From a virus: DNA of 64,000 nt. The DNA lies in the IMG/VR virus record IMGVR_UViG_3300030419_003817, positions 1 to 64,000 of that record. One strand, 5' to 3'. The notes beneath the pieces are model-generated. The model was given only the letters and a program-made list of their open reading frames with translations, was not told the DNA's origin and did not search any database. Below, piece after piece: positions 29,868 to 39,271 of the stretch. The position numbers were made by a program, and so were the translations under genes. How positions within the stretch are numbered: the first letter of the stretch is position 1; each line of letters begins with the position of its first letter.

Positions 29868-30944
29868 TTAATGTTGTGAAGTATAAAGCACTCGGTCACG
29901 CATATCCAAATCAGCAACACTTATTCCATCACAATGCCAATGTCTGGCGTTGTCTGCTTTGATTTCAACTCGTACCCCTTCTTCACGCAGTTTCACTTGT
30001 TCAGAAATCCACTCGTAGGTTTTCTCCATTCCCTCTTGGAGAGACATCGAATAATCCCATCCAAGTTTTTCACGAATCAAATTGTTGTCGGAGTTTCTCC
30101 CACGAACGCCTTCTGGTCCTTCAATATTGTTAATTGTAAGTGATTTTCCAGAAATGTCAATTGCCATCTGAGCAAAATCATTAATTGCAATCATTTCTTC
30201 CGAACCAATGTTTACAGGTCCGTGGAAGTCTGACTCCATTAATTTAAGCATGGCATCTACACACTCATCGACATATAAGAATGAACGAGTCTGCTTTCCA
30301 TCACCCCAAACTTCAATTGATGTGCCATCTTCTGCAAGTGATGCTTTTCTGCACATTGCGGCGGGTGCTTTTTCTCTTCCACCATCCCAAGTCCCCTCTG
30401 GACCAAAGATATTATGAAACCTTGCAACCCTAACATCTAGATTGTAGTTCCGCATGTATGCAAGAAAAACTCTTTCGCTAAATAACTTTTCCCAACCATA
30501 TTCGCTGTCAGGATTCGCGGGGTACGCAGAATCTTCAGAACACATTGGGTTATCTGGGTCAAGTTGGTTGTGTTCGGGATACATGCAAGCAGATGAGGAG
30601 TAAAATACTTTCCCGACATCGTGCTTTACTGCTCTCTCAACAATGTTAAGATTAATTAGTGCCGAGTTATGCATGATGTCTGCATCATTTTCTCCAGTGA
30701 AAACAAAACCCGCACCGCCCATGTCTGCGGCGAGTTGATAAACTTCATCAATTCTAGTATCAAACAATGCATCACAAACGAGTTGGTCACGCAAGTCTCC
30801 GATAACAAAATCATCGGCAGGTGACTCACCATACTCTGTGTATTTTAAATCACACACACGAACCCAATGTCCTTGTTCTTTTAGTCTTTTGACTAAGTGA
30901 CTTCCAATAAATCCTCCACCACCACAAACTAGTATATTTTTCAT
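29868..30944 (-). CDS. GDP-mannose 3',5'-epimerase-like SDR
   Basis: GGGGFIGSH, LAADMGGAGF, YSSSACMYP, YGWEK, RFHNIFGP.GTW.GGREKAPAA.CRK, GVRGRNSDN. Confidence 0.9.
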   Translation of the reverse strand: MKNILVCGGGGFIGSHLVKRLKEQGHWVRVCDLKYTEYGESPADDFVIGDLRDQLVCDALFDTRIDEVYQLAADMGGAGFVFTGENDADIMHNSALINLNIVERAVKHDVGKVFYSSSACMYPEHNQLDPDNPMCSEDSAYPANPDSEYGWEKLFSERVFLAYMRNYNLDVRVARFHNIFGPEGTWDGGREKAPAAMCRKASLAEDGTSIEVWGDGKQTRSFLYVDECVDAMLKLMESDFHGPVNIGSEEMIAINDFAQMAIDISGKSLTINNIEGPEGVRGRNSDNNLIREKLGWDYSMSLQEGMEKTYEWISEQVKLREEGVRVEIKADNARHWHCDGISVADLDMRDRVLYTSQH

Positions 30945-30947
30945 AAT

Positions 30948-31640
30948 TTATCCTTTGTATGTTGAATCGGATTCAAGTGCAATCCAATATGTTACATTCT
31001 TGTTTTTGTTTACAAACCGACTCACAACCTTGTCTGTGATGGAAACATCATAATCACCAGACATCATTTTAAGATTCTCCACTTTGAAGTTAAACTTAAA
31101 ATCATCATCAGGAGTTGGCAAAGAACCAAGGTCGATTGAATAACTGTTTGAGGTCACATCGTCCTTATCGTGAATTAGCATAACCATTGAATCTCCGTCA
31201 GTTCGAACAGAGAGGTCTGGTAGTTGAAGAACTGAACCTGCTCTAAGAAGTTCAGTATAGTCTGATTCATCTAACTCAAACTCAACTACTGGTTCTGGCA
31301 TATTAATTTTCTTATTTACCGTTGTGAGTAGTTGTGGTTCACTATAGAAATACTTAACAGAAGAACCATTCTCGCCACTGATAATAACATAGTTATCGTG
31401 GAACTCAAACTCTGGTTCTGTGAAAAGACTTACAGTTGAAAGAAACTTATTCAAGTCCCAAATACCAAACTGCGTATCAAATGTTTCTGATACTTCTGCC
31501 TCTGCTAAAACATTCTTTACTGGTGAAACTGTTCTTATAGTATTGCCTGGTTCTACTAAAATGTTGGAATTAATTCCTGCAAAGTTTTTTAGAATGTCCA
31601 GTGTTTCTTGTGAAAGTTTCATCGCTGTCGCTGTACTCAT
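30948..31640 (-). CDS. g45: Sliding clamp gp45
   Basis: MKLS.ETL.ILKNFA.IN, FGIWDLNKFL, YWIALE. Confidence 0.95.
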   Translation of the reverse strand: MSTATAMKLSQETLDILKNFAGINSNILVEPGNTIRTVSPVKNVLAEAEVSETFDTQFGIWDLNKFLSTVSLFTEPEFEFHDNYVIISGENGSSVKYFYSEPQLLTTVNKKINMPEPVVEFELDESDYTELLRAGSVLQLPDLSVRTDGDSMVMLIHDKDDVTSNSYSIDLGSLPTPDDDFKFNFKVENLKMMSGDYDVSITDKVVSRFVNKNKNVTYWIALESDSTYKG

Positions 31641-31658
31641 AATATTCTCCATGTTAAA

Positions 31659-31844
31659 TTACCATTGACCATCACTGTAGTCTTCATATGTATCAGGGTC
31701 AATTTCGCCCCGAACAACATCTTTTAGATATTTCTTGTTTTTATTTCTTCTAGAACGCCGGTCTTCTCTTTTGAGTGCCTTCTTATAATTATAGTGGTCG
31801 TCATCCCAATGTTCTTTGTTGGGTTGATTTTTCTTCCGTGCCAT
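31659..31844 (-). CDS. Small hypothetical protein
   Basis: 61 aa ORF filling the rnh-g45 gap. Confidence 0.6.
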   Translation of the reverse strand: MARKKNQPNKEHWDDDHYNYKKALKREDRRSRRNKNKKYLKDVVRGEIDPDTYEDYSDGQW

Positions 31845-31848
31845 CTCT

Positions 31849-32688
31849 TTAAAACTCTCCTATATGTTCCATAAGATTTTTTAGTTTCTTGTCTATAAAG
31901 TAGTTCAAAAGTTTATCTCGCTTATTTGTAGTTGAGGTATTATACGCCTCTAGAGTTTGTTCTTGGTATGTATCAGGAATGCAAGATAAATCCACGAGAT
32001 TTTTATTCCTGTTCCAATGTTCTCTTTCTTTAATTGTACCATCTTTTACTTCTTCGTAAAGACCTTCTATTGTCTTTTTTGTCAATCTTTTTTGTCTCTT
32101 GTCTGCATCAAGGTAAACATCATCATCGGACAAAATGTTTGGAATGCCGTCTGATGTGTCTCCACGAAGAATATGGTCTAGTAAAAATTGTTTCGGGTTT
32201 TCACACACCAAAAACTTTTTAGTTGTTGGACTATATTGTTTTATATTTGGATAAATCTGTAATTGTTGAAAGTCTTTGTCGCTTGAGACAATCAAAATCT
32301 TTTCCTCTGTGTGATAGTTTTTACAGATTGTGGCAATCAAATCATCTGCCTCTGTTCTCGGAATTTGAATGTTCTTGTAGGGGAAGACATCTCTTATCTC
32401 ACCTCTAATTTTATCCATGGCAGAATGTATTTCTTTCCAATCAAAAGGCGACTTGTCTTGTTGTTTCTTTCTGTTCTGCTTGTATTGTGGGAAGAAATCT
32501 TTTCTCCAACAATTTCCAGAATCATGACAAATCACTAGTTCCCCATATGTATTAGAAAATTTATTTCTATACATTCTGTATGTGTTCAAAACCAAATGAC
32601 GGATAAAATCTTCATTAAGTTCATTTGAGTATTTCATAGATTGAAATAGACTTGCTAGTATAATTTGATTATTGTCCAACAGTATCAT
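31849..32688 (-). CDS. rnh: T4 RNase H-like 5'-3' exonuclease
   Basis: MILLD.NQI, WRKDFFPQYK, EADD, SSDKDFQQL, GD.SDGIPN. Confidence 0.95.
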   Translation of the reverse strand: MILLDNNQIILASLFQSMKYSNELNEDFIRHLVLNTYRMYRNKFSNTYGELVICHDSGNCWRKDFFPQYKQNRKKQQDKSPFDWKEIHSAMDKIRGEIRDVFPYKNIQIPRTEADDLIATICKNYHTEEKILIVSSDKDFQQLQIYPNIKQYSPTTKKFLVCENPKQFLLDHILRGDTSDGIPNILSDDDVYLDADKRQKRLTKKTIEGLYEEVKDGTIKEREHWNRNKNLVDLSCIPDTYQEQTLEAYNTSTTNKRDKLLNYFIDKKLKNLMEHIGEF

Positions 32689-33794
32689 TTGTATGCCTTT
32701 AGTATAATTGTGTTTTTGTTTAGTCTTCCGTTTGGCGTTTTCTCTTTTGCTTTAATAGACTTCCATACATTATTGAAGAGGCGAATCCCTGTCATCTTCT
32801 GTGATAGAATATCTTTTGGTTTTCTTAGAGTTTTTGTTTTGGAAGAGTCCTTGCTGAAGTTTGCAATCGTTGTTCCTTTAATATGGAATCCAGAAGGGTC
32901 AAGTGTGCTGTATATGGTTAGTTGTCTATATTTTGTATTGAATACCACCAACTTACTTGCACCCAAAATTTCTGTTGGGTTGATACTCTCAATTCCATAT
33001 TCTTTATTTTCTTTTTCATAGTTTACTTTTGCTACCTGTTGCTCTGGACTCTTTACCTTCTTCCTACGCTTTTTTCGGGTAGATGTGTTTGCAACTTCCA
33101 TGCAACCGTTTACGATTGATTGAAGAAACTTATAATACTTTTTCTTCTGTGGTTTTGTGAGAAACCCATATGCTTCGTTTAATTGGTCACACGAACCTTC
33201 GATTGCCTCTACAACTTCTGGTAGTCTCTGCTCATACCACTTTGCAACCATTCTTGCTTGTACGGATTTAACTTGATTTCTTTTCAACCAAGACTCTATT
33301 GTAAATGTGTTCTTATTCTTGTTAATAATATCTTCGAGAAACTGGTCTACATATGTACCCAAATCATCGATGTAACCACTGACTTGTTCCGCCATTCGTT
33401 CTTGGATGGATGGAGCAGAAACGCTTTCCTCTTGCTTTTCTTTCCTCGAAGAAAGTTTTTGCATACTCTTTCTTTTGATTGAGTCTAGATGCTTTTGTAC
33501 AGTTTTTGAAACTCCAATGGGAACTTTAAAATCCTTTGGTAGTTTGGATAGTATACGGCAGTAAGAAGAAATGAAGTAGTAGTCATTGCTGTCTGCATAT
33601 GAATAAGACTTTACTTCATTCTTTCCCTCTATATGCTTTACATAATCTAAAACCCACTGCTTTTCTTGTTTTCGTGATGCGGGATTGCATCGATACCAAC
33701 TAACACACTTATGAATATCCCAATCCAAATCGGAGGACTCTATAAGGTGGTCTATTGCCGGTTCTGTGTTTTTGATTGTTTTTCTTTTTGCCAT
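32685..33794 (-). CDS. Hypothetical protein of T4-like phages
   Basis: 369 aa ORF with its own promoter; C-terminal FNTKYR.L...IKGTT...KTLRKP...NGR.N pattern. Confidence 0.75.
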   Translation of the reverse strand: MAKRKTIKNTEPAIDHLIESSDLDWDIHKCVSWYRCNPASRKQEKQWVLDYVKHIEGKNEVKSYSYADSNDYYFISSYCRILSKLPKDFKVPIGVSKTVQKHLDSIKRKSMQKLSSRKEKQEESVSAPSIQERMAEQVSGYIDDLGTYVDQFLEDIINKNKNTFTIESWLKRNQVKSVQARMVAKWYEQRLPEVVEAIEGSCDQLNEAYGFLTKPQKKKYYKFLQSIVNGCMEVANTSTRKKRRKKVKSPEQQVAKVNYEKENKEYGIESINPTEILGASKLVVFNTKYRQLTIYSTLDPSGFHIKGTTIANFSKDSSKTKTLRKPKDILSQKMTGIRLFNNVWKSIKAKEKTPNGRLNKNTIILKAYK

Positions 33795-33800
33795 GGGTGT

Positions 33801-33829
33801 ATTATATATTAGTATACATCAATTGTCAA
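33801..33829 (-). promoter_or_regulatory. Perfect sigma70 consensus early promoter
   Basis: Minus strand TTGACA-N17-TATAAT, 6 nt upstream of the ATG at 33794. Confidence 0.85.
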
Positions 33830-33836
33830 GGTTGTT

Positions 33837-35426
33837 TTATGGTTTGTAAAATACAAAAACAGGTTCATATTTTAAATATTTGCCGTTCACCATGCAGTAA
33901 TTTTTGCATTTAGGAACTCCGTTCTCATCAAGTCTGTTTTGCCCCGGCATTAATTCTAGACCCATTTTAAGAACATACTTGTATTCCATTCCCAATCCCT
34001 CTAGGATATCAATTGAGTCTTGCTCAAGAGGCAGGTAATCACCACTCACCAAAAGGTCTGCTATGTTCCATAGCATGTATCTGTCAGACTTCAACCAATG
34101 ATAGCAAGTCTCCAGTGTTGGTCTTAGGAATCCGTCTCTCCATGATTCGTATGTGTTGCCATATTTTTTATACGACTGATTTTCATCTTCACTGTACGCC
34201 TCTCTGTTGAAGTATGGAGGGGAGGTGAAGATGAGGTCGAGGTTTCCTTTGTATTGTTGGAAGTCTGGATGGTACTGTATTTCTTCTGACCCTTCCATAA
34301 ACTGGTGGTAAGTATTTGTTTCGGAAAAGAATGGATTTCCCCTATAAGTTTGGGTATTGTAGAAATCAGCGAGAGATTCATACTTACTACCACCTTCACT
34401 CCCATAAAAATTATCAGGATTTGGGTCAGTACCAACATAATGAATGCTACGGTCATCCCTACAGGCCATAGCACCAAGTATGCGACCACCCCACCCACTT
34501 GATGGGTCATAGATGTTAATAACCTCTTGGTCTTTGATATCATCTGTAAACCTTTCATACAAATACTTTGCTGTCATTGGAGGGTAGTTAACTGCCACCT
34601 GAATATAACCTATTCTGAATGATGCAAAACACTTCGGAAAAATCTTCTTTCCTTTTTGGTATACACGAATAGCATATACTTTATCGTCTGGCATATCATC
34701 AATATCAAAGGTAGAGTGGTGTCTATATTCCAACCAATCACAGTCTTTAAATTTTTGAACTTGTTCTTTTGTTAATTGAAGAATCTTTGATTGTTCTATC
34801 TGAAAATAACCTGTGTTCAGTCCATCACGAATCTTCACTTGCTCTAATATAAAATCGTAACCTTTAAAGATTTTTGAATTGTTAAAGAATGCTTCAATCC
34901 ACTCCTCACCGCTATCAACAGAAACTACAGAGTACTTTGCATCGTTTTTAATTGCCGACAATGCAAAGTTATAGAAAGAGTCTCTACGAATATGTCTCAT
35001 CGCTCCCCTTACCACACGGGGTAAAAACTTATCGTCTGCAAACAAATCATATATTGAGTGACCGTTATCCTTTGCTGTGTAGTTGATTCTGGTTTTCATC
35101 ATATTTGAAAACCACTGGTCTGCTTCAACACCCAATCTTGATTTGTTTATAATGACATCATCCTCAACATCAGATAATTCATCCGTATGAGTAAAAAGAT
35201 GAACAGGATATTCTGCCATCTTGTTGAACTGCTCTACAATGTCTTTCTCGTTTTTCCCTGTTCGTGGTGGACAACCGTATTTGTCCCAAGACTTGACAAT
35301 CTCTTTTCTCATGCGAACTACCCAGTCTTCAAACTCTTCTGGTGTCATTGCAACGACATCCTCGTAATTAACATTAATGTCTGAGTTAATTACACTTTCA
35401 TTTCTTTCGTAAAAAGTTTTATTCAT
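33837..35426 (-). CDS. SAM-dependent DNA amino-methyltransferase-like (N6-A/N4-C)
   Basis: Motif I YDPSSGWGGR, GTDPN, motif IV FTSPPYF. Confidence 0.8.
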   Translation of the reverse strand: MNKTFYERNESVINSDINVNYEDVVAMTPEEFEDWVVRMRKEIVKSWDKYGCPPRTGKNEKDIVEQFNKMAEYPVHLFTHTDELSDVEDDVIINKSRLGVEADQWFSNMMKTRINYTAKDNGHSIYDLFADDKFLPRVVRGAMRHIRRDSFYNFALSAIKNDAKYSVVSVDSGEEWIEAFFNNSKIFKGYDFILEQVKIRDGLNTGYFQIEQSKILQLTKEQVQKFKDCDWLEYRHHSTFDIDDMPDDKVYAIRVYQKGKKIFPKCFASFRIGYIQVAVNYPPMTAKYLYERFTDDIKDQEVINIYDPSSGWGGRILGAMACRDDRSIHYVGTDPNPDNFYGSEGGSKYESLADFYNTQTYRGNPFFSETNTYHQFMEGSEEIQYHPDFQQYKGNLDLIFTSPPYFNREAYSEDENQSYKKYGNTYESWRDGFLRPTLETCYHWLKSDRYMLWNIADLLVSGDYLPLEQDSIDILEGLGMEYKYVLKMGLELMPGQNRLDENGVPKCKNYCMVNGKYLKYEPVFVFYKP

Positions 35427-36187
35427 GACCCTACATTCCAAAACAATGCTCCTTCACTTGCATACTCCCTTACAAATTTCCACGCCTTCGCATCATATGT
35501 TGGAACGGAGGGAAATGGTGGAGCATCTTTTGCTTTTACTGATTGGTTAAATTTTAATTCAGAGCGATAAACTTTTGCTCTTCCATAATCACCTTTGTGT
35601 CCCACAGACACACAATGAAATTCTGCGTTCGGCCATGCTTGTTGTAAACCTCTTGTTAAAGTTCCACTCGAACCAACCGTCCAAACTTCTTTTGGGTTTA
35701 CTTCCATAGATTCAGCAACCCTAGCAATGGAAGCGACAGCAGAAGGATGGTCAAACCCAATAGGAAGCAGTCTACGACTTTCTGAATTTTCTCCAACATA
35801 ATCCTTCGCTCTTTTTTGTGTCACTGTTAACATGCCATTAGGTACGAACCTCATGTCCGCACCCTCCATTATAGCACTCTTTTGATATTTTGTCAATTTA
35901 TCTTTTGCTCTATCCGCCATGAATATTACGGCACTCTTGTTGTATCTGTTACACAAAACACTCAAAGCAATTTGGGCATACCCGTTAGCAGGACTGCTCC
36001 CGTATACCCATTCTCTGACCTCTGGATTGTTTCGTATTAGATAATCCCCTGCTCTTTGTTTCGTTCCTCCCACCAACAAATCATCACGAACAACCAAAAC
36101 CCCTTCATGTTCCTCAATCACAGGAGTTGGAGATGGGTCTTGCCATTCACCAATATCAAATAACTCTGGTTCAAATAGAGAGGGCAT
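35423..36187 (-). CDS. PLP-dependent enzyme, fold type II (ACC deaminase/cysteine synthase-like)
   Basis: VVRDDLLVGGTKQR (PLP lysine), GSSGTL phosphate loop, YDAKAW, LFWNVG. Confidence 0.78.
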   Translation of the reverse strand: MPSLFEPELFDIGEWQDPSPTPVIEEHEGVLVVRDDLLVGGTKQRAGDYLIRNNPEVREWVYGSSPANGYAQIALSVLCNRYNKSAVIFMADRAKDKLTKYQKSAIMEGADMRFVPNGMLTVTQKRAKDYVGENSESRRLLPIGFDHPSAVASIARVAESMEVNPKEVWTVGSSGTLTRGLQQAWPNAEFHCVSVGHKGDYGRAKVYRSELKFNQSVKAKDAPPFPSVPTYDAKAWKFVREYASEGALFWNVGS

Positions 36188-36515
36188 GTCCTAAGTATTC
36201 CTGTAGTTTGTCTCCAAACCTATTCACTGTATTTTCATATCCACCAAGAATCTTGTTACAAGGGTCACACAAAAGACCTCGAACTCTTCCTGTTTTATGG
36301 CAATGGTCATGACACAAGTATCCTTCCTTTGTATCCTTTTCGTGAATGTCACAAAGGGCACATCTGCAATTTTGCTTTTTCAATAGGAACTCATATCCCG
36401 CCTGACCATCAACACCAAATTGTTCCATCATCGATTCACCATACTTGTCTCTAAGATGACGGTTTCTATCATTTGCTTTCTTTTTTTCTGGGTTGTTTTT
36501 ATTCCAGTCTGCCAT
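36171..36515 (-). CDS. Endonuclease VII-family (His-Me finger) nuclease
   Basis: Q.CRCALC...CHDHCHKTGRVRGLLCDPCNKILG. Confidence 0.88.
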   Translation of the reverse strand: MADWNKNNPEKKKANDRNRHLRDKYGESMMEQFGVDGQAGYEFLLKKQNCRCALCDIHEKDTKEGYLCHDHCHKTGRVRGLLCDPCNKILGGYENTVNRFGDKLQEYLGHALSI

Positions 36516-38227
36516 TATTTTATCCTACTGAAGTTGTTCTTCTTTTCAAAGACGATATGATTCTGGAACTTGTCCGTCATCGTATCAGACTTATGACTAA
36601 TTACAAATATATTAGCACGACTTCCGAAAGTTGTCAAGAGTTTTAAGAACTCTTCAGTGCCTACCGCATCAAGACTTGAATCAAAGACTTCATCGAGAAT
36701 CAACAGGTTACAGTTTACACTATTCTTCAGTCGTGCAATCTCACGCCATGCAAGAAGCAAGGATAGGTCGATACGCAATCGTTCACCTTCACTAAAACTG
36801 TGATAAGTAAACTCATCACGATGCCGACTCTTGATTGTTTCGTTGAAGTTTTCGTCAAGATTAAACTGACAGAAAAAATCCATGTCCGAAAGATACTTGT
36901 TGATTAACTTATTCATGATTGGCAAGTAGTGCTTGATAATCTTTGCCTTGATTCCGCTATCTTTTAAAAGAGTAGAAGCAATGCTAAGATAATGTTTATC
37001 TTCAACAAGTTCTTTTCTTCTCGTGACATGAGTAGTTCCCTCTCCTATCAATCTGTTCATTTCTTCTTTTGCAGTTTCTACTTCTGTCCCCTCCGTGAGA
37101 ACTGATTCTATATTTGCCTGAAGTTTATCGATGTATTGAAGTGACACACTCACCTGATTTTTCTTTTCTGTTATGTGTTTATCTAATACAGAAACATCTT
37201 CAAGAATAGAATTGATTTCGCTCATTCTCTTTTCGTTTGATGATATGTGTTTTCCTATATCCTCTATGGCAGTTTCTACTGCTTTCTGTTGTTTGCTACT
37301 ATCGTTTAGAATACAATTCTTATGATGTTCCTCGATGTTTTGGTTGCAGGAGGGACATATATCATTTTCCTCGTAGAACTTTATATTTTTTTGAATTGTC
37401 TTTATCTTGTTTTTTAGTTGTTGCTCTGTTGACTCTGCCTGTATCAAATCTTTTGGTATAGTATCCTTATCCCCAATAGATTTTAGTAGAGTGGAGACTT
37501 CCTCTTGCTTTTTGGCAATTTCTTTTTCGAATTCTTCTATTTGCGTTTTTGATTCTTTTATTTCGTCTCTATACTTTTCTACAGAGTCACTTGACTTCTT
37601 CTCAAGAGTATTGATTAGTTTTTGCTTTTCATCCACTTTACTTTTTGCAATCTCTACTTTGTGGTCTATGTCCTTGATGTCTTCTTTTGCAACTTGTAGT
37701 CTTGCACGGACAAGAGTGTTCATTGTTGAGAACACATCAATATCAAGAAGGTTCTCAACAACCAGTCTTCTGTCTGCGGCACTTAGTTGCATGAATGGAA
37801 CATAGTTGGACGAACCAAGAATCACAACTTGACAAAATGACTTATATGACATCTTCAGAATCTGCTCTTCAAGAATCTTTTGGTAGTCTCTTGCTTTCGC
37901 ATCTTGGTCTAGCATTTCACCGTTTTTGTGTATTTCAAACTTCTTTGGTTTCATGCACCTAACAACCTTATAGGAGTCTGTTCCGATTGTAAAGGCAATC
38001 TCTACTTCACAGTCTTTTTCGTTGATTGAGTTTGGGAGTTGAGTTAGATTGATACCACGGAATGATTTTCCAAATAAAGCAAATGTTAATGCATCAAGCA
38101 TTGTTGACTTACCCGCACCATTCTCACCAGAGATGAGTGTGTTGTTGTGTTGTGTAAGGTCAACTTTAGTTTTGTAATTGCCTGTAGAAAGAAAGTTCTT
38201 CCAACTTAGTGTTTGGAATATTATCAT
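36515..38227 (-). CDS. g46: Recombination ATPase gp46 (Rad50/SbcC-like)
   Basis: WKNFLSTGN, GENGAGKST, CPSC zinc hook, FSEGE, LILDEVFD. Confidence 0.97.
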   Translation of the reverse strand: MIIFQTLSWKNFLSTGNYKTKVDLTQHNNTLISGENGAGKSTMLDALTFALFGKSFRGINLTQLPNSINEKDCEVEIAFTIGTDSYKVVRCMKPKKFEIHKNGEMLDQDAKARDYQKILEEQILKMSYKSFCQVVILGSSNYVPFMQLSAADRRLVVENLLDIDVFSTMNTLVRARLQVAKEDIKDIDHKVEIAKSKVDEKQKLINTLEKKSSDSVEKYRDEIKESKTQIEEFEKEIAKKQEEVSTLLKSIGDKDTIPKDLIQAESTEQQLKNKIKTIQKNIKFYEENDICPSCNQNIEEHHKNCILNDSSKQQKAVETAIEDIGKHISSNEKRMSEINSILEDVSVLDKHITEKKNQVSVSLQYIDKLQANIESVLTEGTEVETAKEEMNRLIGEGTTHVTRRKELVEDKHYLSIASTLLKDSGIKAKIIKHYLPIMNKLINKYLSDMDFFCQFNLDENFNETIKSRHRDEFTYHSFSEGERLRIDLSLLLAWREIARLKNSVNCNLLILDEVFDSSLDAVGTEEFLKLLTTFGSRANIFVISHKSDTMTDKFQNHIVFEKKNNFSRIK

Positions 38228-39270
38228 AATGAAATACTCTCCATGTATAAATCTTTAATCAACTTTTTCATTCTTGCTTTATCTTGGACTTCTTCAATCG
38301 CATCGATTTCGTTGTTGATGAGTGTAACTGTATCTTGTGCCAAATCTACAATTTCTTCTTTTGTCCATTCTGAGTCGATGATATCCTCAACTATGGTAAT
38401 TTTAGCAACACCACAATCATAAAGTTTATCCATGAACCTTTCAAAAGAGTATGGATGTTTCTTATTCTCAACATAAAGTTTAATATAAGAATCCTGAAGA
38501 CACGAACAATCATAAGAGTCCACATCCATAGGACCATCTTTGTCATCGTATGTAACAGAATGAAACATCTTATATGGGTTTGGAATAAATTCTATCTCTC
38601 TTGTCTCTGTATCAAAAACATGAAACCCTTTGTTTTCATTTAAGTCTGCAAATGTAATTTGATATTGTGTTCCCATGTAGTAAACATTACCATGTTCCTG
38701 CCTACAATGAAAGTGACCCGTAAAGACCTTTTCATATCTTTTAAACATTTCTGGATTCATGCCCTCGTCATATTTAACTCCACGGATAACATCGTATCCT
38801 TGAAGTTCTAAGTGACCGACAAGAATCGGAGCAGAGGCATTTTTTATAAACTCAACAGACTCATCAAAGTTTTCACTGTTTACCCAAGGTAGAAGTGCAA
38901 TGTCAAGTCCACCAAAATTGACAACTTCGGGATTCTCGTAAAGATACAAATCATCACCAAACAATTCTCTTATTGAATTTATTTTGTTTGTGTTTCTGTA
39001 GTAGACATCATGATTTCCAAGAATGCAATGCATCTGGACATCTTTTGCTCTCAGTCTATCCATGAATCTGGTTCTTACTTGATTCAATATATTAAAATTG
39101 ACAAACTTGCGTCTGTCCATTAAGTCGCCAGCATGAATGATTGTTTTTATGTTTTCTTCTTCGATGTATGGAAAGAATACATTATCAAAAAATTTCATAA
39201 AGTAATCAAAAAATAATTGTGAGTCGCCTCTCGCCCCAAAGTGGGTATCATTAATAATGGCAATTTTCAT
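38224..39270 (-). CDS. g47: Recombination nuclease gp47 (Mre11/SbcD-like)
   Basis: DTHFG, GDLMD, GNHD, GHLE, GHFH. Confidence 0.97.
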   Translation of the reverse strand: MKIAIINDTHFGARGDSQLFFDYFMKFFDNVFFPYIEEENIKTIIHAGDLMDRRKFVNFNILNQVRTRFMDRLRAKDVQMHCILGNHDVYYRNTNKINSIRELFGDDLYLYENPEVVNFGGLDIALLPWVNSENFDESVEFIKNASAPILVGHLELQGYDVIRGVKYDEGMNPEMFKRYEKVFTGHFHCRQEHGNVYYMGTQYQITFADLNENKGFHVFDTETREIEFIPNPYKMFHSVTYDDKDGPMDVDSYDCSCLQDSYIKLYVENKKHPYSFERFMDKLYDCGVAKITIVEDIIDSEWTKEEIVDLAQDTVTLINNEIDAIEEVQDKARMKKLIKDLYMESISL

Positions 39271-39271
39271 T

